Source: Nannocystales bacterium (GTDB taxonomy: Bacteria > Myxococcota_A > Polyangia > Nannocystales > Nannocystaceae). From it: a stretch of 64,000 nt of DNA. Position numbers and translations under genes: made by a program. This document shows positions 49,258 to 57,300 of this stretch, in pieces. The stretch is taken from positions 128,001 through 192,000 of the forward strand of contig JBOEGF010000007.1 of assembly GCA_050633305.1 (NCBI GenBank), given 5' to 3'. Position 1 is the first letter of the stretch, and each line of letters starts with the position of its first letter. Under the pieces are notes generated by a model that had not been told where the DNA came from, ran no database searches, and worked only from the letters and a program-made list of their open reading frames with translations.

Positions 49258-50721
49258 TCAGTTCTTTCGCGGCGCCATCATTGCGCGCCGCTGCGCCGCC
49301 ATCGGGTGGTCATCGTTCAGCAGGACCCTCCCCGAGAACGTGTCGACACCCAGGGCATCGAAGGTGGCTTCCACGTGTGGGAATCCCTCCTGCGAGAGCA
49401 TCGACTCGGCGACTTCGGTGAACAGCGGCTTGCCGTACCAGACGTCGAGCTTCGCGAGCAGCTCGTTGGCGTCCCACTTGTGCCGAGCGCCTCCACAACA
49501 CGAGCGCAGAAATCGCATGGCGTCGTCGAGGCTCTTCTCTCCGCCGGAGTCCTTGCGCACCGCGACGTCGAGGGCGAACGCTACCGCCGCGCCACCCCAG
49601 TAGACTCGCTGATAGCCGAATTTCTCGTGCATCTGGTCGCTGACCTCTTGCAGGGTGCCCGAGCGTTCGGTTCGTCGGCCTCGGCCAAAGGCTTCGTAGA
49701 GCTTCTGCCAGCCGTCACGCTCGCTGCGGTGTCCCAAACGCGTGCGCTGTAGCTCGGTGTAGTAGCTGACCCAGCCCTCAGCCATCCAGGCATCGTTGAT
49801 GAAGGGCATCCCGTGGTGCAGCAGCTCGTGCGTTGTGGTCCAGCCTCCGGGGAGCTCGTGGTCGGCCACATGGTCATCCATCAGGATGTAGACGCCCGAG
49901 CCGCCGCCGCGTCCGGCCATCCCGAAGTAGACCGACCCAGAACCGCTCCCTTCGACGGGGAGCACCAACATCTGCAGGTGCTCCCGGGGGAACTGGCCGA
50001 ACAGTTCAGCCGAGGCATCGACCGCATCGCTCGCCCACGTCTTGAGTCCGGGCTTCGTGGCACGCATCGGGTGGTCGAGCGTTGCGACCTCGACCTCGGT
50101 ACCGCCGGTCTCGAACCGCTGTAGCCCCAGCTCCCCGAACGCGTTGTAGCCGATCCACCGAAAAACAGTGGAGTCCAGCTGGTAGCGGCACGTTCGGGCC
50201 GACCGGTCTTCGCCGGGCATCGTTGTCCACGGCACCGAGGCCTCCACGCCATCGGGCAGGTTCAGCGTCATGGTGACCTCGACCTCCTCCGGCAGGCCGC
50301 GTGGGTACCAAAGCCACATGCTCTGGCGAAGCAGTACGCTCTCGCCCTCCGTCCGCACGTGTCGGGAGAATCCTTCTGCGCGCGTCATGCCCGACACGTC
50401 GACCACGTACTCGACGCACTCGCCTGCGCTGACGTCGGTGAGGCTGAAGGTCCTTCCGGTCTTCGCGATCCGGCGATCTCCGACCCGGACGTGCTCGATG
50501 TAGTCCGCGGCCCGTCGGTTGGACGAGACGAGCCGGTCCCCGGGGGAGCCTTCAAAGCACAGTCGGACGTCGATTCTCGAGCGATCCGGAGCCACCGAGG
50601 CCGTGTAGTGCCACGCTTGCTGGGCTGCGCTGCCCTCGGGGATGGCGCGAGGCGAAGGGCTCGGGCGAGCGGAGCATCCGAGCAGCGTCAGTCCGAATGC
50701 GGCGAGCAACAGGCGGGGCAC
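49258..50721 (-). CDS. Gluzincin (M61/M1-like) metallopeptidase lipoprotein
   Basis: LLGC lipobox; THELLH, WMAEGWVSYY, VYWGGA. Confidence 0.82.
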   Translation of the reverse strand: MPRLLLAAFGLTLLGCSARPSPSPRAIPEGSAAQQAWHYTASVAPDRSRIDVRLCFEGSPGDRLVSSNRRAADYIEHVRVGDRRIAKTGRTFSLTDVSAGECVEYVVDVSGMTRAEGFSRHVRTEGESVLLRQSMWLWYPRGLPEEVEVTMTLNLPDGVEASVPWTTMPGEDRSARTCRYQLDSTVFRWIGYNAFGELGLQRFETGGTEVEVATLDHPMRATKPGLKTWASDAVDASAELFGQFPREHLQMLVLPVEGSGSGSVYFGMAGRGGGSGVYILMDDHVADHELPGGWTTTHELLHHGMPFINDAWMAEGWVSYYTELQRTRLGHRSERDGWQKLYEAFGRGRRTERSGTLQEVSDQMHEKFGYQRVYWGGAAVAFALDVAVRKDSGGEKSLDDAMRFLRSCCGGARHKWDANELLAKLDVWYGKPLFTEVAESMLSQEGFPHVEATFDALGVDTFSGRVLLNDDHPMAAQRRAMMAPRKN

Positions 50722-51014
50722 GGGTCGCAGTGTGGCATTGGGGGCGGCACCCCGCTGTGACGCGAGGCGCCGCGCGGAGGTGGAAACCGCGACGACCCCG
50801 GCCAGGAGGCCGCCGGGAATAGGACAGGCCAGGTCGTGTTACCCCCTCGTCCGACCCGTCCGAGCGAAGCGGCTCCCCTCGACGCCTTCTGCGATCTTGT
50901 GGCAGCCTCTCGAACGGATGCTGAAGGTTGGAACGGGTTCGATCTGCGTGCGCTCACGCGATCGGATCCGTCTCCGTGGACCTGCGCGCGCCCCGACCTC
51001 GAGACGCCCCCCCG

Positions 51015-51875
51015 ATGACTGAGTTTCTCGCCACCACGTTCAGCTTTCCGACGGTGATCTTTACCGTCCTGCTCGCCGTTTGTTGTGCCTACTGGCTGAT
51101 GGTCATCATCGGTGCGCTGGGCATTGACGCCCTCGATTTTGACTTCGACGGGTTCGACGGCGCGGCCGACGGAGCGGCCGAGGGCGTCGTGGAGGGCGCT
51201 GCAGAGGGCGCGGCCGAAGGGGCCGTCGAGGGCGCGGCCGAAGGGGCCCTCGAAGGCGCGGCGGAGGGTGCTGTGGAAGGTGCCGCCGAAGGTGTCGTCG
51301 AGGGCGCGGCGGAAGGCGCCAGCGAAGGGGCGGCGCATGGTGCTGCCAAGGCTGCCGCCGAGGGAGCCGCCGAAGGCGCGAGCTTCCTGGGCTCGCTACT
51401 GCTCACACTCAAGCTGCGCACCGTCCCGATGACGCTGGTGCTCTCGGTGTGGCTTCTGTTCTCCTGGACGGCCACCAGCCTGATGACCGCTTCGTTGTTG
51501 CCGAAAATGACGTCTTTCATGCCGGCTTGGCTGGCGGGAAGCGCCATCGCCCTGAGTGCTGTCGTCGCGTCGCTTCCGCTGTCCTCTCTTTTCGTACGAC
51601 CGCTGGGACGCATGCTCAAGGTCGAGAAGGCCACGCACCGCAAAGGCCTGGTCGGCAAGGTCGTGCGCATCGACACCAGCCGCGTCGACGGCAAGTTCGG
51701 GTCCGCCAAGGCCGACGACGGCGGCGCCGGACTCATCATCTCGGTCCGTTGCGACTCCGAGAACAATCTCAGCCGAGGGAGCAAAGCTCTGGTCGTGTCG
51801 TACGACCGCGAGCGCGAAGTCTACGAGGTTACCCCCGTGGACGACATCCTGCCCTCGGAGGCCACCCGCAAGTGA
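51015..51875 (+). CDS. YqiJ/NfeD-like membrane protein with C-terminal OB-fold
   Basis: PTVIFTVLL..YWL N-terminal TM; VPMTLVLS TM pair; LVGKVVRIDT..DGGAGLIISVR..ALVVSYD; upstream of flotillin. Confidence 0.8.
   Translation: MTEFLATTFSFPTVIFTVLLAVCCAYWLMVIIGALGIDALDFDFDGFDGAADGAAEGVVEGAAEGAAEGAVEGAAEGALEGAAEGAVEGAAEGVVEGAAEGASEGAAHGAAKAAAEGAAEGASFLGSLLLTLKLRTVPMTLVLSVWLLFSWTATSLMTASLLPKMTSFMPAWLAGSAIALSAVVASLPLSSLFVRPLGRMLKVEKATHRKGLVGKVVRIDTSRVDGKFGSAKADDGGAGLIISVRCDSENNLSRGSKALVVSYDREREVYEVTPVDDILPSEATRK
51157..51380 (+). repeat. Degenerate 12-bp coding tandem repeat encoding EGAA/EGAV/EGVV
   Basis: Repeated gagggcgcggcc-like units; protein DGAADGAAEGVVEGAAEGAAEGAV... Confidence 0.85.
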
Positions 51876-52007
51876 CACGTCACTTCGGGTTGCCGACTCT
51901 CTTCGTTCGTCTTTCCCCGCATCCTCCTCGCGTGCTGCGAGCCGAGATGTCCACTTCAACTCGCCCCCCGACTCGTTCGATCGGCAGCAGCAAAGGAGGC
52001 CCACGCC

Positions 52008-54152
52008 ATGCCTGAGACCCAAACCCTGATCACAATCGCGATCGCCTTCGGCGGTCTAGTCTTCTTCGCACTGGGGACGATGGCCCTGTACGCCCAGCTC
52101 TATCGCAAGATCGACCAGGGCAAGGCGCTCATCGTCAACAAGATGTCCCAAGTTCAGGTGTTCTTCACCGGTGGTCTCGTGATCCCGGTAGTCCATCGGT
52201 ACGAGGTCATGGACATCTCGGTGAAGACGATCGAGATCTCGCGGATGAGCAAGGAAGGCCTCATCTGCAAGGACAACATCCGCGCAGACATCAAGGTCAC
52301 CTTCTTCGTCCGGGTCAACAAGACCCTGGAAGATGTCCTCAAGGTCGCGCAGTCGATCGGAACCACACGTGCGTCCGACCAGGAAACCCTCGAGCAGCTC
52401 TTCATCGCCAAGTTCGCCGAGGCTCTGAAGACCGTCGGTAAGCAGCTCGACTTCGAGGAGCTGTACACCAAGCGTCACGTGTTCAAGGAGCAGATCATGG
52501 AGGTCATCGGAGACGACCTCAACGGCTACGTCCTCGACGATGCCGCGATCGATTACCTCGAACAGACCCCGGTCGAATCGCTCGACCACGACAACATTCT
52601 CGACGCTCGCGGTATCCGGAAGATCACGGAGATCACCGCCAACCAGGCCGTGTTCACCAACGAGCTCCGCCGCGATGCCGAGAAAAACACCCGCAAGAAG
52701 GACGTCGAGACGCGCGAGGCCATCCTCGAACTCGACCGTCAGCAGGCGGACGCCGAGGCCAAGCAGTTCCGCGAGATCGCGACCGTGAAGGCCCGCGAAG
52801 AGGCCGAGACGGCCAAAGTCCAGTCCGAAGAGACGAAGAAGGCCGAGTTGGCCCGAATCAAGCTCGAGGAAGAGGTCGCGATCAACGAAGAGAACAAGCA
52901 GCGTCAGGTCCAGGTCGCGGGCAAAAACCGCGAGCGTGTTGTCGCTGTCGAGCAGGAGCGTGTGCTCAAGGACCAGCAACTCGAGGCCATCAGCCGCGAG
53001 CGTGAGACCGAGCTCAAGCGCATTGCCAAAGAGAAGGCGCTGGAGATCGAGAAGAAGGAGATCGAAGAGGTCATCCGGGCTCGCATCGTCGTGCACAAGA
53101 CGCGGGTCGAAGAGGAAGAGCGCATCAAGGACGTGCAGGTCGTCGCGCTGGCCGACCGTACGAAGAAGGCCACCGTCATCGCGGCGGAAGCCAAGGCCGA
53201 GGAGGCGCTCGTCGCCGAAATCAAGAAGGCTCAGGCCAACGAAGAGGCTGCAAAGTTCGAGGCCAAGCGCACGCTGACCCTCGCCGAAGCCGCACTCGAG
53301 GCCAGCGACAAAGAAGCGCGCGCCAAGATCCGGCTCGCCGAGGGCGTCCAGGCCGAGCAGGCTGCATCCGGGTTGGCCGAGGTGAGGGTCAAAGAGGCCG
53401 ACGCCGTCGCCATCGAGAAGCAGGGCGACGCCAAGGCACGAATCACCAAAGGCCAGATGGTCGCCGAAGCCGAGGGCCGCGAGGCGCAGGGCATCGCGCT
53501 GGTGCGCGTCAAGGAGGCTGAAGCCGAGGCTGTGCGCAAGCAGGGCGAAGCCGAAGCGTCGGCCCGTCAGGCGATGATGTTGGCCGAGGCCAGCGGCAAA
53601 GAAGCCGATGCGGTCGCGACCGAGAAGATGGGCGCAGCGCTGGCGGTGGAGCTCCGCGAACGCGCCCTGGCCGAGGCCCAAGGCCTCGAGAAGAAGGCCG
53701 AAGCCATGGCCAAGCTCGACGAGCGTACGCGCTCCCACGAAGAGTTCCGGATCAAACTCGACAAGGACGTCGAGGTGCGCGTCAAGCAGATCGAAGCGCG
53801 ACAGAACATCGCCCGAGAGCAGGCCAAGGTCATGGCCGAAGCGATGGGGACCGCCAAGATCAACATCGTCGGAGGTGACGGAGAGTTCTTCGACCGCTTC
53901 ATCAACGCGGTCTCGATGGGCCAAGCGCTCGACGGCGTGGTCAACAACTCCGACAGCGCTCGCACCATGTTGGGCGAGTACATCGACGGCGACCGCAGCC
54001 TGCCCGAGGACATTCGCGAGATTCTCTCGCGTCCCAGCCTCGACGCTGGCGCGTTGAAGGACCTGTCGGTGTCCGGTGCACTCGTGAAGCTGATGGGCAG
54101 CCTCGACGACGAGGGCAAGGCCAAGGTTCGCGGCCTGCTCGACCAAGTCTAG
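52008..54152 (+). CDS. Flotillin/SPFH (YqiK-like) protein
   Basis: N-terminal TM; GLICKDNIRADIKVTFFVRV, LDDAAIDYLEQTP, NILDARGIRKIT; long EA-rich coiled coil; RBS aaaggagg. Confidence 0.92.
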   Translation: MPETQTLITIAIAFGGLVFFALGTMALYAQLYRKIDQGKALIVNKMSQVQVFFTGGLVIPVVHRYEVMDISVKTIEISRMSKEGLICKDNIRADIKVTFFVRVNKTLEDVLKVAQSIGTTRASDQETLEQLFIAKFAEALKTVGKQLDFEELYTKRHVFKEQIMEVIGDDLNGYVLDDAAIDYLEQTPVESLDHDNILDARGIRKITEITANQAVFTNELRRDAEKNTRKKDVETREAILELDRQQADAEAKQFREIATVKAREEAETAKVQSEETKKAELARIKLEEEVAINEENKQRQVQVAGKNRERVVAVEQERVLKDQQLEAISRERETELKRIAKEKALEIEKKEIEEVIRARIVVHKTRVEEEERIKDVQVVALADRTKKATVIAAEAKAEEALVAEIKKAQANEEAAKFEAKRTLTLAEAALEASDKEARAKIRLAEGVQAEQAASGLAEVRVKEADAVAIEKQGDAKARITKGQMVAEAEGREAQGIALVRVKEAEAEAVRKQGEAEASARQAMMLAEASGKEADAVATEKMGAALAVELRERALAEAQGLEKKAEAMAKLDERTRSHEEFRIKLDKDVEVRVKQIEARQNIAREQAKVMAEAMGTAKINIVGGDGEFFDRFINAVSMGQALDGVVNNSDSARTMLGEYIDGDRSLPEDIREILSRPSLDAGALKDLSVSGALVKLMGSLDDEGKAKVRGLLDQV

Positions 54153-54331
54153 TCTGGGCAGGGGCCTTTCGAAAAGGCCCCTCACTGCGGCAGCAAAGCT
54201 GCCTTCGTTTCACCCCAAACGGGCGCCCGGTGGCGCCTGTTGTCTGGGAGGAGGCCTTCGGAAAGGCCTCTCGCTGCGGCAGCCAAGCTGCCTTCACCTA
54301 AACCCCAAACGGGCGCCCGGTGGCGCCTGTT
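54152..54331 (+). repeat. Two tandem 90-nt imperfect repeats, each with three hairpins
   Basis: Units 54152-54241 and 54242-54331 both start gtctggg and end accccaaacgggcgcccggtggcgcctgtt. Confidence 0.88.
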
Positions 54332-54344
54332 CTCCCGGGACATC

Positions 54345-57300
54345 ATGGCCGAAGAGAAGCAAGCAACAGTCGAAGGAACCGCCGAAGGCACCGAGGAGGT
54401 CGGTGGCAGCTACGACGTCATTCGTGAGCGGCTGGTGGCGCAAGCCAAGGACCTGTCTGAGCGGGCGAGCAAGCTCAACGACGCGCGGGTGGCCGAGTTT
54501 GGAGGGACGGAGTTGGCCGTGATCGGCAACGAGCGTGTCCGGACCGAGAATAACTGTCTTCCGCGGGACATCCTGCAGGTCGGTGGACGGCTGCTGTTTG
54601 GGTACAACGTGTTCTTGGGGCTCCGCTCGGAGACGAGTGCCTCGGACGTGTTCAGCCTGCACAACTTCACGCAGGACGGGGAGACGTTCGATGTCTCGGC
54701 TGTGCCGTTCGAGACCGGTGGGGACGGCTTCCTGGCGAATGCCGACTTCCAAGGGCAGTTCAAGGAGCTGTATTCGTTCTACAAAGAAGCGCGGCTGATC
54801 GCGCTGACCCGCAGCGAGACCAAGGCGTTGGCGGTCTTTCAGATTGGCGCAGCGGTCTCGGATGTACGGGTGTTTCGGTGGACGATGGATGCCCAGGGGC
54901 AGCCCTCGTACCGCGACAACCGCGGCGAGCGTGACTACGACTTTCCGCCCCAGCACGACTTCGAATGGACGGTGTGCACGCGGGACCACCAGGTCGCCGG
55001 GGCCTACCCTCACATCTCGATCGAAGATGAGGTGTTCGTCGAGACCACCGGCGGCGACCTGACGATCAAGGTCGAGAACAACACCGAGTCGGGGGAGGGC
55101 ATCTACGCCGAGCCCGTCAACGAAGCAGACCAAACGCTCGATGACGCGGAGTTCGAGTACGCCCGTGTGGGGCCGCTCATCCTGCTGCGCATCCTCCCGT
55201 ACCGCGAAGAGGTCCGGCGCCACCTCGTGTTCTCCACGCGGTCCCACTCCGTGGTGCGGGTCGACGCGATCGGACAGGCTTGCGTGAGCCTGCCCGAGGA
55301 CCACGGTGTGATGTTCCCCGGCGGGTACTTCCTACAGGACGGGCAGTACAAGGTCTTCGACGGGGACTTCTCCGACTACGAGTTTCAGCGCGCGATTCGG
55401 TCGCCCAACGGAGAAGACGTCCTGTACGTGTTTCACAACCGCACGACCGGTACGTACACGCTCTTCCCGTACAACATGATCCGTCGCGAGGTGAGCAACC
55501 CGATCCGATGCTCGGGCTACTCGCTGTTCGACGATGGGCGCATGGTGGTGTTCCGCTTCACGGGGGACGAGCCGACACGTGTGCACCCGATGCAGGTGTG
55601 GCAGACCCCGTTCGTCAGCGACGAGTACGCGGCGGCAGCCCCCGCCTCCGACTCGCTGCTGGGCAAGATCGGCAATGCCGACCTGGTGCGTGGGATCTCC
55701 GACTGTCTCTCGATCAAGCGCTACGTCGACGAGCAGACCCCCTCGCGCAAGGTCTACGAAGACCTGATCGCCAACCTCACCCGGGCGATCGATGCTTACT
55801 ACTGGCTCGGGGAAGCGGACACGTTCGACCTCAAGAGCGTCTTGGGCGAGATCCGCAGCACCGCGGAACTCATCGTGGACGAGTTCGAGAAGGTCGTCGC
55901 GATCCGTAAACAGGCGTCCGAGAGCCTGGCCGAGGCGGCAGACAAGCAAGAAACCCTGGTTCGCGATCTGCGACCGGAGAGCTGGACCCAGGTGGACCAG
56001 TTCATGGACGCGCTCACCCAGCTTCGCACCCAGCGTGGCCATCTCATCACGATGAAGGAGATGCGCTACATGGACACGGCTCGAGTCGACGAACTCGAAG
56101 CCGAGGTCGTGGAGCATTTCGATCGGCTCTCACGGGACACGGTCGGCTTCCTGCTCAAGGAAGACTCGCTCGCGCCTCTGACGACCGAGTTGGACCGTCT
56201 GCTCGAGCGCAGCCAAGCCGTCGAGAAGACCAACGAGTACGAACCCATCCAGGAAGAACTCGACCGCGTCTCCGATGGTCTCAACGTGCTCTCCGATGTC
56301 GCGTCGAACCTGCAGGTCGATGACCCCACCGCCCGAACCCGGATCCTCGAGCAGATCAGCGAGGTCTTTGCCCATCAAAACCGCGTCCGCGCAACGTTGG
56401 CGGGACGACGCAAAGAGCTGCTCTCGGCCGAGGGCAAGGCCGAGTTCGGAGCGCAGTTCAAGCTGTTCGGACAGTCGGTCCAGAGCGCGATCAGCCTCGC
56501 GGATAGCCCCGAGAAGTGCGACGAGCAGCTCTCGCGCCTCATGGTTCAGCTCGAGGAACTCGAGGGCAAGTTCTCCGAATTCGATGAGTTCATCGGGGAG
56601 CTCGCGCAGAAGCGAGAAGAGGTCTACGAGGCCCTCGGGCAGAAGAAACAACAGCTGCTCGACGAACGGCAGCGCCGGGTTCAGAACCTGTGGGGGGCGG
56701 CCGAGCGCATCCTTCAAGGCGTCACCAGGCGAGCCTCCGGTTTCAAGGAGGTGGACGAACTCAACGCCTACTTCGCCTCCGACGCGATGATCCTCAAGGT
56801 GCGCGACCTCGCGGAGCGCATCTTGGAGCTGGGCGACACGGTCAAGTCCGACGAGGTGCAAAGCCGGATCAAGTCGGCCAAGCAAGACGCGCTTCGAGGG
56901 CTCCGGGACCGCTCCGAGCTGTTCGAGGGCGGGGACAACCTCATCAAGTTCGGCACCCACCGCTTCACCGTCAACACCCAGCCGCTCGAGCTCACCGTGC
57001 TGCCCAAGGACGATGGCATGGCGATCTCGGTGTCCGGCACGGACTTCATGGAGGCGATCACCGACGAGGCGTTCCTCGCCACCAAGGACTACTGGTCGCA
57101 GACACTCATCTCCGAGACCCCGGCGGTGTACCGGGGGGAGTATCTTGCCGCATCGATCCTCTTCGACGCCGAGGCCGAGCGCGACGAGATGTCGATGGCC
57201 CAGCTTCACGCCGCGCAGCGAGAAGAGGGCGGGCTGCTCGCGTTGGTCCGCAAGGTCTCAGGCACGCGCTACCAGGAGGGCTACGAGCGGGGAGTGCACG

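Noticed and set aside
52056..54185. 709-aa minus-strand ORF
   Set aside because: Antisense shadow of the flotillin gene.
54152..54331. CRISPR array interpretation of the intergenic repeats
   Set aside because: Only two units, the would-be spacers are themselves homologous, and there are no cas genes.
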